Below, piece after piece: positions 9,702 to 20,306 of a DNA stretch of 64,000 bases. A program made the translations under genes and the position numbers. The notes beneath the pieces are model-generated. The model had not been told where the DNA came from, ran no database searches, and worked only from the letters and a program-made list of their open reading frames with translations. Source of the stretch: Candidatus Latescibacterota bacterium (lineage in GTDB: Bacteria; Latescibacterota; UBA2968; UBA8231); the NCBI GenBank assembly GCA_965261395.1, contig OZ253462.1, positions 5,696,001 through 5,760,000 on the forward strand. The letters run 5' to 3'. How positions within the stretch are numbered: position 1 is the stretch's first letter; the number at the start of each line of letters is the position of its first letter.

Positions 9702-11393
9702 ATGGACTTTTTTTACTGCCGCCGGGCCCTTGCTTTTGCCTTGGCACTGGCCGTGCTGCTGCCGGAATCTGTCCTACCCCAATTCACCGACCAGACGGAG
9801 GAGGCGCACATCGCCTTCCAATACGTGGCCGGCGGACCTGAGAAAAAGCACATTGTCGAAACCTCCGGCGGAGGGGCTGCTTTTTTTGATTACGACAATG
9901 ATGGCGACCTCGACCTGTACGCGGTCAACGGCGCTACTGTCAATACCTACCGGCAAAAATCCGGACCGGGCAATATTCTCTACCGCAACCAAGGCAACGG
10001 CACCTTTGCTGATGTGACCTTACTAGCCGGCGTGGGGGACCGCAGTTGGGGCATGGGTTGCACCGTGGGCGACATCGACGGCGACGGGTACCGCGATCTT
10101 TACGTGACCAATTACGGCCCCAATATTCTCTACCGCAACCGAGGCAACGGCACCTTTGTGGACATTTCCACCGGGGTAGCAGGGAACGATTATAGCTCCA
10201 GCGCCGCTTTTTTTGATTACGATGGCGACGGCGATCTCGACCTCTACATAGCCAATTATCTGGTCTACGACTTTGACTCCCCTCCGGATAAGGTCTGCAC
10301 CTACGAGGGAATCGAGATCTTCTGCGGTCCCCAAGGCCTACCTGGAGCCGCCGACCGGTTCTACCGCAACAATGGGGATAACACCTTCACCGACGTCACC
10401 CGTCCCTCGGGTATCTCTTGGGCCAACCGCTACTACGGGTTGGGCGTACTGCCCGCAGACTTCGACAACGATGGCGACACCGATCTCCTCGTGGCCAATG
10501 ACGCAACCCCCAATGTGCTCTTCGACAACAACGGCGATGGCACCTTTGGCGAAATTGGTCTCAAAGCAGGCATCGCGTACAACGAATACGGCGAAGAAGA
10601 GGCGGGTATGGGGGTCAGCGGTGGAGACTACGACGCCGACGGTGACATCGACCTCTATATAACCCATTTTTTTCGCGAGAGTAATACCTTCTACCGCAAC
10701 GACGGGCCGGACCATTTCAAAGATATAACGGCCCAGATCGGCCTAGAAGAACCCACACTTGGAATGCTGGGGTGGGGCACCCAATTTTTCGACTACGACA
10801 GGGACGGCGACTTGGATCTATTCGTCGCTAACGGCCATGTCTATCCGCAGGTGGCTAGCACTATTGCGAACACTTCCTACCCCCAGCGCAATCAGTTGAT
10901 CCGCAACGAAGGCTGCGACCGTTTAATCGATCTAGGGGCTGCGGCTGGCCCGGGAATGAACCTTAAAAGAGTCAGCCGCGGTGCCAGTTTCGGCGACTAC
11001 GACAACGACGGCGATATGGACATTTTCGTAGTCAATTTGGATGAGGCGGCCACCCTACTGCGCAACGATTTTACTTCCACTAACAACTGGCTCGTGGTCC
11101 AACTTCTGGGCCGTGGCCCCAATCGCGACGCCGTCGGTGCCAAGATCCGTTTGCTGGCCGGCGGCCGATCCCAATGGCGCACGGCCAACGGCGCTTCCAG
11201 CTATCTCTCCTACAACGATATGCGTATTTTCTTCGGCTTGGGGGGGGCGGAAGGGGCAGATGAAGTGGAGATCACTTGGCCCGACGGCACTCGTCAAACA
11301 GTGCCATCGGCACCAGCCAATAAGCTGGTGGTGGTGCGCCAGAACGGCCCCTACGCCTTTATGGAGATGGGGGCCAACCTCTACGCAGAGTAG
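9702..11393 (+). CDS. CRTAC1-family ASPIC/UnbV protein with FG-GAP repeats
   Basis: Signal peptide from ATG 9702; many DYDNDGDLDL repeats; SRGASFGDYDNDGD, NRDAVGAKI, SYLSYND...FGLG...WPDG. Confidence 0.9.
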   Translation: MDFFYCRRALAFALALAVLLPESVLPQFTDQTEEAHIAFQYVAGGPEKKHIVETSGGGAAFFDYDNDGDLDLYAVNGATVNTYRQKSGPGNILYRNQGNGTFADVTLLAGVGDRSWGMGCTVGDIDGDGYRDLYVTNYGPNILYRNRGNGTFVDISTGVAGNDYSSSAAFFDYDGDGDLDLYIANYLVYDFDSPPDKVCTYEGIEIFCGPQGLPGAADRFYRNNGDNTFTDVTRPSGISWANRYYGLGVLPADFDNDGDTDLLVANDATPNVLFDNNGDGTFGEIGLKAGIAYNEYGEEEAGMGVSGGDYDADGDIDLYITHFFRESNTFYRNDGPDHFKDITAQIGLEEPTLGMLGWGTQFFDYDRDGDLDLFVANGHVYPQVASTIANTSYPQRNQLIRNEGCDRLIDLGAAAGPGMNLKRVSRGASFGDYDNDGDMDIFVVNLDEAATLLRNDFTSTNNWLVVQLLGRGPNRDAVGAKIRLLAGGRSQWRTANGASSYLSYNDMRIFFGLGGAEGADEVEITWPDGTRQTVPSAPANKLVVVRQNGPYAFMEMGANLYAE

Positions 11394-11406
11394 GGCCTAT
11401 GGGCCT

Positions 11407-13071
11407 CTACCCCTCCCCGAAAGCGGCTTTGAGGTTATCCTCTCGAATAACCATTTTCGCTGCGTATTTATTCCGCAGTTCTTCGATAAACTGATTAAAG
11501 GTCTTTTTCTCTTTTTCTCTTTTAAGTTGGGACCGGACTCTCCACTCGGCTTCCGCAAAAGTCTCCCGCTTACGCCCCCTGGAAAGCACCTTAAATATGG
11601 AATAACCCTCATTGACCTTGGCTGGCCCGGTGAGCGCACCTATCTCGGCTTTTTCGGCGACTTCTACAAAACCGCCGAAAAAGTCCTTTTCGAAAAGGTG
11701 GAAGTGGAATCGGCCTTCTTCATCTCGATCCTCTAGCGACCGGATAGAATACTTCTTGGCCAAATCGCCTAATGGGGCTCCCTTTTGGATCTGCTCCATC
11801 AAGCTCAGTGCCTCGGTCTCCGTCTCTACCAGAATCTCCTGTACTTCGATTTGCTCGGGGTGCAGATACCTTTCCGCATGGGCCTCGTAAAATTGGCGTA
11901 ACTCGTTTTCAGCGATGGTCACTTTAGCTCTTAGAACTCGCGCCCTGAGGGCTCTTGTTAAAAATTGCTTTGCCTGATCATCCAACCACTCGACCGTTGC
12001 TGCTTCCCCATCTATGCCAGCACGCAGGGCTGCTTCTACGAGCATCGCATTGGGCACGACATGGCGCGCGGCAAAAGCGACCACTTGGCTGGAGTCGCTG
12101 ATTTGGGCCAAGGCATTGCCTTTCAGGGCGCGGTCAGCTTCTGCCAAATCTTGAGCGGTTATTTCTCCGCCGTCGTACCTATAGAGAACTATATTGCGTT
12201 CAGCCTCCGTGGCAAAAGAGGTGCCGCCCCGCACTTTTTCGACAATGAGAGCGAGACCTTCCCGGTCCAATTCGAGGTGGTATTTTTCTTTGAGTTCAGC
12301 GACTAAGGTCAATCGCGCCCGCTGGTTTTTCTCCTCTTTTAGTCCCATTTGGATCGCCAGTTTCCTATCAGGACTGAGTTCGATGGTAGAATCGGCTATG
12401 ACCGTGAAAATCGAATAGTGCCCACCGATTTTTATAGGCTCGGAGACTTGGCCCAAGGCGAGGGAAAATAGCTTGTCTTGCAGGGGCGTGATCATTTGTT
12501 CTCGGGTGGTATAACGGCCCAAGTCCCCGCCTTGGGCCAAGGTTTTTTTGTTTATGGACCATTGCTTGGCGACTTGCCCAAAAGGCACCCCATTTTTGAG
12601 CTCCCGGAGGACGGCCAAGGCATTCTCTCGGCTGGGAACCATTATATCGGCCAATCTGATCGCTCTAGTGAGCCCCATGCGTTCAGCGTATTCCCGCACT
12701 TCGCTCTCCTCCACTTCCTCCTCTACCTCCAGCGCTCTGTCTTGGAAAGTGCTGGCCAACTTTTCTTGCCGGACCTGGGCCAGCCGGGTGCGAAATTCAG
12801 GGCTTTCGTCGAGGTCGGCCGCCTGCGCCTCCATGATCATCAGTTCGATATTGATCATGGTGTTCAAATGATTCCTCGCTTCTTCTACCCCAGTGTGCTC
12901 CGCCTTGGCATATTCGGGGAGGCCATCCATAAATTCCTGCAACTGGTCAACCGTTATCTCCTCATCACCTATCTGAGCGACGACCCGGTCTCCTGTTTCC
13001 ACTGTGCAACCCATGAGAACGGTTAAAATCACGAGTAATAAAAGCCCAAATACAGTCATCTCTCTTGGCAT
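11407..13071 (-). CDS. Lipoprotein foldase with two PpiC/parvulin domains (SurA/PrsA-like)
   Basis: Lipobox VLMGC; VAQIGDEEIT; AKQWS...QGGDLG; VSEPIKIGGHYSIF; second domain LAKKYS...GPAKVNEGYSIF. Confidence 0.85.
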   Translation of the reverse strand: MPREMTVFGLLLLVILTVLMGCTVETGDRVVAQIGDEEITVDQLQEFMDGLPEYAKAEHTGVEEARNHLNTMINIELMIMEAQAADLDESPEFRTRLAQVRQEKLASTFQDRALEVEEEVEESEVREYAERMGLTRAIRLADIMVPSRENALAVLRELKNGVPFGQVAKQWSINKKTLAQGGDLGRYTTREQMITPLQDKLFSLALGQVSEPIKIGGHYSIFTVIADSTIELSPDRKLAIQMGLKEEKNQRARLTLVAELKEKYHLELDREGLALIVEKVRGGTSFATEAERNIVLYRYDGGEITAQDLAEADRALKGNALAQISDSSQVVAFAARHVVPNAMLVEAALRAGIDGEAATVEWLDDQAKQFLTRALRARVLRAKVTIAENELRQFYEAHAERYLHPEQIEVQEILVETETEALSLMEQIQKGAPLGDLAKKYSIRSLEDRDEEGRFHFHLFEKDFFGGFVEVAEKAEIGALTGPAKVNEGYSIFKVLSRGRKRETFAEAEWRVRSQLKREKEKKTFNQFIEELRNKYAAKMVIREDNLKAAFGEG

Positions 13072-13110
13072 TCAGCTTAGATCTCCTCTGTACTCCTACG
13101 CACTGGTAGA

Positions 13111-15822
13111 TTAGTCCAAACCGGCAAATACCGTGGCAAAAGCCATTCTGCCCGTTTCGGTTTCGTTGTCTATGGCTCTTCTGGTCAGCCTGAGTCCCAT
13201 CAGGGTCGTCAAACTGTAGCCCAAGTAATTTGAATTATTGGCAAACTGGGCCGCGCCGACAATTTCACTGAAGTCGTCCAGCAGTCCTTCCTTGACCGCC
13301 GTATCCGCATCCCTGAGCTGCTGGAAGATGGTATACTCCACACCTGCCTGCATAGTGGAGTTATTAAACAATGGCCACCGAGTCAGCAGAGAGAAAATCA
13401 GGGTGTCTTCCTTGCGTTGCGGATCTGCTTTAAGCGCTGGAGACTCTATCCTCAGTTCATTTTTAATTTTTGGCTGGATATCGAGATTAACGAATTTGAA
13501 AATATAGTCCACTTTATTGATCAGGCCCGCAAAAACGAAGTCTCGCCGCAAATCGGGCTGTTTCTGCCTTTGATGCCAGCGGTCGTATTTTAGCTTGTTG
13601 ACGAGATTTAGATTCTTCAGCTTGGTATATTTGAAGCTTATATAGGACGAATTTATCCACGTATTCCGGGCCGCCAGAGGATCAATTGTAGGGATGTTGC
13701 GCCTCTCAAATTCGTCCCACTGGCGCAGGTCATTTTCTATATTGTCCTTGGCCAGCCTAAAATTCTCAAAAATCCTCACCCTGCCTAGGCCGGGGTAATC
13801 CTTTTCCAGCGTAAGAAGCAAATAGTGGGTAGTATTTTCTCCATCGCCGGCAATGAGGGTTTCGTCGGTGCGGCCGACCGTCAACCTCATTGCTGGAGTA
13901 ATGTTGACGCCCGCATAAAGGTTGTACCCACTTAAATCCCGATCATAGGGGAAATCTGCTTCATCGTCGTTTTCGAACCGGTCCACCCAGATATTGTTGT
14001 TCATATCTATGCCGAATAGATATTCGGGTCGGTCCGTAGAATAGCGCAGAAAAGGCTCGTCGTAGTCGGGCACTAAGTTGGGTAGATCTTCGCTGTCGTT
14101 TTGATTGAAATCGGAAACAAAATCGACGTTTTCATCCAAGCCGGGAAATACGCTCAAGTCTATGCTTTCGTTTATCCTCTGCCAATCGGGGTACCGATCC
14201 TGATCGTCGTTGTCGTCGACGAGTTCGTAGTAGAATCTCGTCCGGTCTTCGTAATCTATGTTGACCTCGCCCCGGGCCAAGATAGCGCTTGTATTGTAAT
14301 TGTGGTCCATACTGTAAGCCTCACCAAAAAGGAACCACGGCTGAGCGGTTTTCGATAGGTTCACCATCCAGCCATCGCCTTGGTCAAAAGCCGACAGGTG
14401 TTTTGTATGCTGCCTGTTGGGGTATTTTCGGTAACTCCTACTGCGGTCGAATTCGCCGTAGAAATCAAGCCCACCAATATTGTTCACCTCCAGAGTGAAA
14501 CCGAAAATTTCGGTGGCGGTCGGCAAACCGTACGGGATCTTGATGACTCTGAGATTGGAGCCATCTTTGACGTTTTCTTGGGCTCTGGCCGCCAGTAGAA
14601 ACACGTTGCTGTTCTGTCGGTTAGTCTGGCGGTTCGAAGACACCTCGATTCGGTAGTCGTTGGCAACGACTATTTCAAAAGTCACTTTTCTTATCTCCGA
14701 GGGGTCGGGGCCAGTGTAGGTTCCCTCGGAAAAATCGTATACCAATTCGATCTGCTCAGAGCCGCTGGCTTCCCAGAAACCCAAGCGCTGAAAGCCGCCC
14801 TGAGGCGAGGGCTTGAGACCGGCCTCGCTGGCCCGGACAACCTCTCGCCTAAACCCTCGTTCTCCCTCTTCATCAATGATTTCGACTTCGGCTTCTATGA
14901 GCATATCCCAAGCAAAGAGGGTAGCGCCGCCTTCGTTATCTTCGGGCGAATCGTCGGTCAGACGGACGAAAAGCTGGGTGATATTTTCAGCGTTTTGGCT
15001 AGAAGTAATCGAACCACTTCTAGGGGTTCCTTCAAAGGCATCTAAGAGTTGGAAGGAATTGTGGGCACTTACATAGTTGGCCCCGATGCTGACGAAATCG
15101 CCCACTTGGGCAACGGCCCGCCCACCCATCAGCGTTGTCAGGCTGGTCGTTTGGTTGACCGCAGGGTTACGAGTACCGGCTCCGCCGGGAGAAGAGATCC
15201 GCGAGAGGATCGTCGTGACCTGGTATTTGTCGGCTTGGTAGTCCACCTGGATTCCGTCCAAGGCCGGCTTTGAGAAGGTCATTGGGGTAAGGGTCGAGCG
15301 GATCTCATTGCCTATGGTTATGGCCAAGTTATGTTGCCCCTTTTGATCAGAGGCAATGACCAAATTGCTGAAAAAGTTTCGGAATCTCTCAGTCTTGAAT
15401 AAATTGCTGCCCCCTTGCTGGGGCTGCGTCTGGGACCAGTCGTAGATCAACCACCCCCTAGTGATGTAAGAACCGTAAATGTCGTAGAAATAATCCCCGG
15501 CTAAATTGATATCCACATAGCGATTGTAGTGGTCTCTGGCGTAGTTGGAGTATTCCCACTGTTTCCAACGGTATTCTAGGAAAAGTTCTTGAGATACGTA
15601 CCACTTTTTGACCGCCGGGTCCAAGGCTCCAAACAGCACGCCGGACCCGGTTGGTTCAAAGGTGAGTTCGGCTCCCCGGCGCACGCCTTTTATACGCGCC
15701 GGATCGACATCTTGGGCTTGCGCGTCGGTGTCGAAAGCTAGCGTGGACGAGAGTAAGGAGCAAACTATGGTAGCTAGATTAATACCGCGTATTAGAGTGC
15801 TGCGAATATGGCAGGTCAGCAT
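13111..15822 (-). CDS. Uncharacterised 903-aa exported protein, probable outer-membrane beta-barrel with Asp-rich loops
   Basis: Signal peptide; many amphipathic aromatic-rich strands; DDNDDQD, DENVDFVSD and DMNNNIWVD motifs; ends AFATVFAGLD. Confidence 0.6.
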   Translation of the reverse strand: MLTCHIRSTLIRGINLATIVCSLLSSTLAFDTDAQAQDVDPARIKGVRRGAELTFEPTGSGVLFGALDPAVKKWYVSQELFLEYRWKQWEYSNYARDHYNRYVDINLAGDYFYDIYGSYITRGWLIYDWSQTQPQQGGSNLFKTERFRNFFSNLVIASDQKGQHNLAITIGNEIRSTLTPMTFSKPALDGIQVDYQADKYQVTTILSRISSPGGAGTRNPAVNQTTSLTTLMGGRAVAQVGDFVSIGANYVSAHNSFQLLDAFEGTPRSGSITSSQNAENITQLFVRLTDDSPEDNEGGATLFAWDMLIEAEVEIIDEEGERGFRREVVRASEAGLKPSPQGGFQRLGFWEASGSEQIELVYDFSEGTYTGPDPSEIRKVTFEIVVANDYRIEVSSNRQTNRQNSNVFLLAARAQENVKDGSNLRVIKIPYGLPTATEIFGFTLEVNNIGGLDFYGEFDRSRSYRKYPNRQHTKHLSAFDQGDGWMVNLSKTAQPWFLFGEAYSMDHNYNTSAILARGEVNIDYEDRTRFYYELVDDNDDQDRYPDWQRINESIDLSVFPGLDENVDFVSDFNQNDSEDLPNLVPDYDEPFLRYSTDRPEYLFGIDMNNNIWVDRFENDDEADFPYDRDLSGYNLYAGVNITPAMRLTVGRTDETLIAGDGENTTHYLLLTLEKDYPGLGRVRIFENFRLAKDNIENDLRQWDEFERRNIPTIDPLAARNTWINSSYISFKYTKLKNLNLVNKLKYDRWHQRQKQPDLRRDFVFAGLINKVDYIFKFVNLDIQPKIKNELRIESPALKADPQRKEDTLIFSLLTRWPLFNNSTMQAGVEYTIFQQLRDADTAVKEGLLDDFSEIVGAAQFANNSNYLGYSLTTLMGLRLTRRAIDNETETGRMAFATVFAGLD

Positions 15823-15860
15823 GAGAGTTCCACCCTAGCTTTCAAGTAAAATGGGAATAA

Positions 15861-17621
15861 TCAATAAACTATTGGGACAATTTTCGTCTTACTCTCGGAT
15901 CCTGAATCTGCATCAATTTCCACTCGCACCAAGTAGATTCCGGGCGGTACCTTGGCACCGCTCTCGTCCGTTCCATCCCAAGCCCTTTGGTATCTCCTAC
16001 TGGGATCCAACCCTGAATAGATCGCCGTTACCCGTCTTCCAGCAAGATCGTATATATCCACTGAAACCAAGGCGCCACCCGTCAGGTTGACGATGTCGTA
16101 GGTCACGAGGACTTCGTCATTTAGGCCATCGCCGTTGGGAGTAAAAGGGACGGGAGCCACTTCCATGGAATGAATGAGGTCTTTGCCCACCGAGATCTCG
16201 ACCGAGAGGTCATCTCCCTGCGCCTCGAAATCAGAGGCTGCATCTCCCTCGGTGACTACTTGGGGCAGATTGTCTGGTTGTTGGCTATCGGAGATTCTGC
16301 CGGCAAAAAAGGTATTGTACTGCAAAGCCACGTTCTCAAAGACCACTCGCAAGGTGCGGTTCCCCACAATCCGGGGGAAGCCAATTTGAACCCCGTCGTC
16401 TGTATCCGCCTTTTCCCATTCGACATCGGTTCCGTCTATTTGCACGGATCGCACTACATCTACCGGTGCCATCGTCTTTAGTTCGAGACGGTTAAAGCCG
16501 CGGCTGTTGACGGTTCTCACGGCATAGGTAAAGGGGGTATTCTGCCCGATCAGAGCCCTTTGGGGCCATATCTCGCCCACTAGCGAGTCGGCTAGGGCAG
16601 GAGACACCGCAAAGGCGAGGGAATCAACGGTCGCCGCGGCTAGGATTTCGCTGGTCTTAAGGAGTAAACGGAACTGAAAAAAACGACGCGGGGCTGGTGA
16701 TTCAATAGCCGTGTGGACTCCGGCAGGGTAAGGGGAGGACCAAGCGCTCCAAGACAGCGAATCGCTGGGATCTGGTGTGTTGCCACTCCGGGTCGATAGG
16801 ATGGCATCCGTTTTTGTTGGTTCGCCGATGCTCCCCTTGGCCCATGTTATGTCGCCAAAGATAGCGGGCTGTTCTCGATCGAATACTCTTGAGATATACG
16901 ATGCTGTAGAGGCAAAACCCGCACCAAAGACTTGAAACTCGTCAATCTCCCACTCCCCGCGCACTAGTTGTTTCACCTCTATGAAACGAACAAACTGCAG
17001 GGGGACGTCTAGGTCAACGATCGGTTTGAGGTTGCGTACCTCGGCTTTGAAAACCTTGAAATCCGGCGTCCCGGCTAGGGTTTTCTGTTCCTCACTGCCG
17101 TCGTTCAGCAGCAGTTCATAGCCTTTCAGAAAAAACTCTTCAAATCCCTGGCGCGGGAAAAACTTGATCCGATTGACTCCAAAGCGCTCGCCCAAATCTA
17201 TCCTGAAGATAACGCCTGTAGGGGAACCGCTCTTTACTTCAAAGGCCTTGGTCGTATCGCCGCTGACCATATGCGCCAATTGTTCATGTAAAAGACTTTG
17301 GGATATTCCGAGCACTATTCTCGCGTTGGGCGATGTTACGGCTCCTCCTCTTTCAAATACTTTCAGGACGATATTGTCTTCGGGACCTGTCTGAGCAGGC
17401 TGAATTTGGCCGGGGTTGGCGTCAAAATCGATAACCGATGTCTCGGAATAATGGCCATCCCACGCTAGGGTACCTGGACCGCCTCCAATGACTATCGTCT
17501 CCCCATAGCCTTGGGTCGGTACAAGTCCCAATAGACAAGAAAACGCTAATAGCGCTGTCCTGACTAAAGGTGGTTTGTTCAACCTGTTCCTCGCGGATCG
17601 TAGAAGATCAGTAGGAGACAT
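15861..17621 (-). CDS. Secreted protein with C-terminal FlgD-like/T9SS type-B-like domain (paralog C)
   Basis: PFTPNGDGLND...IYDLAGRRV...WDGTDESGAKVPPGIYLVR...PIVY. Confidence 0.75.
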   Translation of the reverse strand: MSPTDLLRSARNRLNKPPLVRTALLAFSCLLGLVPTQGYGETIVIGGGPGTLAWDGHYSETSVIDFDANPGQIQPAQTGPEDNIVLKVFERGGAVTSPNARIVLGISQSLLHEQLAHMVSGDTTKAFEVKSGSPTGVIFRIDLGERFGVNRIKFFPRQGFEEFFLKGYELLLNDGSEEQKTLAGTPDFKVFKAEVRNLKPIVDLDVPLQFVRFIEVKQLVRGEWEIDEFQVFGAGFASTASYISRVFDREQPAIFGDITWAKGSIGEPTKTDAILSTRSGNTPDPSDSLSWSAWSSPYPAGVHTAIESPAPRRFFQFRLLLKTSEILAAATVDSLAFAVSPALADSLVGEIWPQRALIGQNTPFTYAVRTVNSRGFNRLELKTMAPVDVVRSVQIDGTDVEWEKADTDDGVQIGFPRIVGNRTLRVVFENVALQYNTFFAGRISDSQQPDNLPQVVTEGDAASDFEAQGDDLSVEISVGKDLIHSMEVAPVPFTPNGDGLNDEVLVTYDIVNLTGGALVSVDIYDLAGRRVTAIYSGLDPSRRYQRAWDGTDESGAKVPPGIYLVRVEIDADSGSESKTKIVPIVY

Positions 17622-20259
17622 GTACTAAGCGGTAGTCCGAGGTGTTTCTACTCGATTTTGAATCGACCTTAATGTCGATCCTCAGCACATATATGCCAGG
17701 GGCCACCAAAGCCCCGGATTTATCGACTCCGGTCCAGACCACGGAATGACGTCCCGTGGTTATGTAGTCATCGCGCAGTTGGTGAACGAGATGCCCACCG
17801 AGATCGTATATTTTTACCTGTAACGGCGTTGATGTCTTCACCCGCATGAGTGAAAAACTCACAGCCATATCATCGTTGATGCCGTCGCCGTTAGGGGTGA
17901 AGATTTTATTTGTTACTTCGATATCCCCTAGGACAGCACCTCGTTCAAGGGCCAGAGTCACGGTTTTTTCGCTATCCGTGGTCTCGTTTGCATCGCCCGG
18001 GTCCACTCTTTGCCACGAATTGGGAATGGCAGAATGGCCGATAGAGCCATTGAAGAATGTGGTAAAATCGAATGTGGTCGCCGCGAACTGAAGCTCGACC
18101 AACGCGGCCCCGCCGGTCGTCTTGATGGGAGTGGGCAGACGCACCCAAAGCGAATCGGAATTACCGACTACGACCTCAAAGCCCTCGCTTTGGGCGGTGT
18201 AGGTTTGAGTCGGCTGCCCTGTGAGGTCCACATGGGCTTGATTGAATTTCATTTTGACGCCGGAGGGAGCTTCAATGAGAATCTCGTCAAAGCCCTCGTT
18301 GGCCGACTCGAAGGTCGTGCGGATGAAATAGGAAAACGATTGCTCAGCGCCAATCACCTCGAGTTGGGCGGGCAGCACCTCGCCAATAACTGTTTTGGCG
18401 ACTGGCGTTACAAAGTTGAGTTTCACCCAACGCAGTGTAGCCGCCGCGAGGGGATTTTCCGTGATAAAGGTCGCGCGGATGGCGACGAATTTGCGCGGAC
18501 TAGGCGAGGTGATTTTGTCTCCCGAACTGAAATAGCGTTGACTCCAACTGCTCCAATCGCTGCCCGGGTTGGTCTGGGTAACGACGGGTCCAACAGAGGC
18601 ATCCCCAAAGAACTTTTTGTCCGTAGCGTGAGCTTCCGCTGCTTCTTCTTCGGTGCCCGGAAACAACTCACCGTTCTTTTTATAGTAGAGCGTAGCAGTT
18701 TTGACCGTATTGCCGGTGCGGGTCTGAAGAATAATATCCGTACCCGGCGGTATATCCGCATCCCACTCTATAGACGCCAAATTTTGGGGAGTGGCCCCCA
18801 ATTCTATGAATGCCGAAGGCCCGTCAAAGACCGATTCGATCCGGGACTCGGGCATGTACCCTTCGCCGAAAAACTGAATCTCTGACAAGCCGTGGCGTCC
18901 GCCCCCTATATGGAGCTTATAGGTAAAAGAAAAATGCTCGGCTTTGGTGAGCGGGAACTTAAAATCGTGGTACGATTCACCCCCACTGATATGATCGAGC
19001 GACCCTACTGTTTTCCAGGCCAGACTCCCGCCGGCATTGGTGGAGCCATCTGAGACTTCAATGCGGTAGGCGCGAAAAGGCCCAGGGGGGCTACTGCTGG
19101 CTTGGAGTACGCGGATATTATCTAGGAAGAAGGCCCCTCCCAGATCCACTACTAAGGCACGCTCGACATCGGGCGGCTGCGAAGGCAGCAGCCTATCGGG
19201 ATTGTACCCCCCTTGAGCAGGCCAGTACAACGCCTTGTCTACACTATATATTACTCCGTCTACCACCACACCCTCAGCCCCGTTGTTTTCCCAACTCGTC
19301 ACCTTGCCACCCCGCTCCAGTACGCCAATCCCAATATTGTCGCCGATCGACCAGACTTCCACTTCCGCCAATCGAGGCAACTCGCGGCGGTAGTAGATGA
19401 TAGGGCCTTGACTGTCCTTGCCGGCCAAGGCATCCCAATCTTCGCGTCCCTCTAACAATCTCAGCCTGCCCGAGGTTTCTCGGCGGAAGTATTCTATATC
19501 GCCCTGTTGGTCGGGGTCGAGACCCTCGTAAGCGGACTGGGAAACTTGTCTTGCCTTGCCAAAATCGCTATCCGTGACGCCGACCGAGACGAATCTGATC
19601 ACATCGCCGGTAAAATCCCCGCGCACCTGTGTCCATTTGGTGGGCAACTGGCTGGTCAAATCGACTTCAAAGACTCGTTCATTCTTGATGGGCTTGTTCG
19701 TTGAGAAGCGTTTCCTGTACAAAAGCGGGCCGATGATCGTCTCCCCTTGAGAGGTGAGGACCTTGAATTGGAGAAAGGGGTCTCCCAAATCCTCCCCGAC
19801 AAACTTGAGGACGATCTTATTGGCCGATACGGCCCGCCCTAAATCGATTTGCACCCACCAATCCCTGAGAGGGGCGGAAGTGTCCGGCTCCCAGTAGGTG
19901 TCCATCCTGCCGTCCATCAGGTTTTCTGCGCTCAAGCGGTTGGAGCCGGCCTCCCATATCCCGCCGCCGAACTCGGAGGCATTCAAAACCGCGTTAATGC
20001 CGGGGACTACCTGTTCAGCACCATCTATTTCGAGCTTGGTGCTCTTGCGTATAAAGGCCGGTTTTACGCCTTCCTCGGTGATCTGGATGGTTTTTGCCAC
20101 CGACTGCCAACCAGCCCAGTGATCCCTGGACTCGATGATAGCCGCGCCGTCCCGGATAGAAAAGCCCTCTTGCCCCCAAGCCATTTCACCTAGGGCCATC
20201 CCACCTAAGAGACAGGCGGAGCTAGTGAGCACTAGCTTGAATGTTCTCTGCCATGCCAT
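17608..20259 (-). CDS. Secreted protein with discoidin/F5-8-like domains and C-terminal FlgD-like domain (paralog B)
   Basis: NLMDGRMDTYW...WVQIDLG; IFTPNGDGIND...IYDLGG...WTGVDKSGALVAPGIY...HVSY. Confidence 0.75.
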   Translation of the reverse strand: MAWQRTFKLVLTSSACLLGGMALGEMAWGQEGFSIRDGAAIIESRDHWAGWQSVAKTIQITEEGVKPAFIRKSTKLEIDGAEQVVPGINAVLNASEFGGGIWEAGSNRLSAENLMDGRMDTYWEPDTSAPLRDWWVQIDLGRAVSANKIVLKFVGEDLGDPFLQFKVLTSQGETIIGPLLYRKRFSTNKPIKNERVFEVDLTSQLPTKWTQVRGDFTGDVIRFVSVGVTDSDFGKARQVSQSAYEGLDPDQQGDIEYFRRETSGRLRLLEGREDWDALAGKDSQGPIIYYRRELPRLAEVEVWSIGDNIGIGVLERGGKVTSWENNGAEGVVVDGVIYSVDKALYWPAQGGYNPDRLLPSQPPDVERALVVDLGGAFFLDNIRVLQASSSPPGPFRAYRIEVSDGSTNAGGSLAWKTVGSLDHISGGESYHDFKFPLTKAEHFSFTYKLHIGGGRHGLSEIQFFGEGYMPESRIESVFDGPSAFIELGATPQNLASIEWDADIPPGTDIILQTRTGNTVKTATLYYKKNGELFPGTEEEAAEAHATDKKFFGDASVGPVVTQTNPGSDWSSWSQRYFSSGDKITSPSPRKFVAIRATFITENPLAAATLRWVKLNFVTPVAKTVIGEVLPAQLEVIGAEQSFSYFIRTTFESANEGFDEILIEAPSGVKMKFNQAHVDLTGQPTQTYTAQSEGFEVVVGNSDSLWVRLPTPIKTTGGAALVELQFAATTFDFTTFFNGSIGHSAIPNSWQRVDPGDANETTDSEKTVTLALERGAVLGDIEVTNKIFTPNGDGINDDMAVSFSLMRVKTSTPLQVKIYDLGGHLVHQLRDDYITTGRHSVVWTGVDKSGALVAPGIYVLRIDIKVDSKSSRNTSDYRLVHVSY

Positions 20260-20306
20260 GGCATTGGGTCTCCTATGTATTTACTCATCTGGGGGGCGAT
20301 TAAAAA

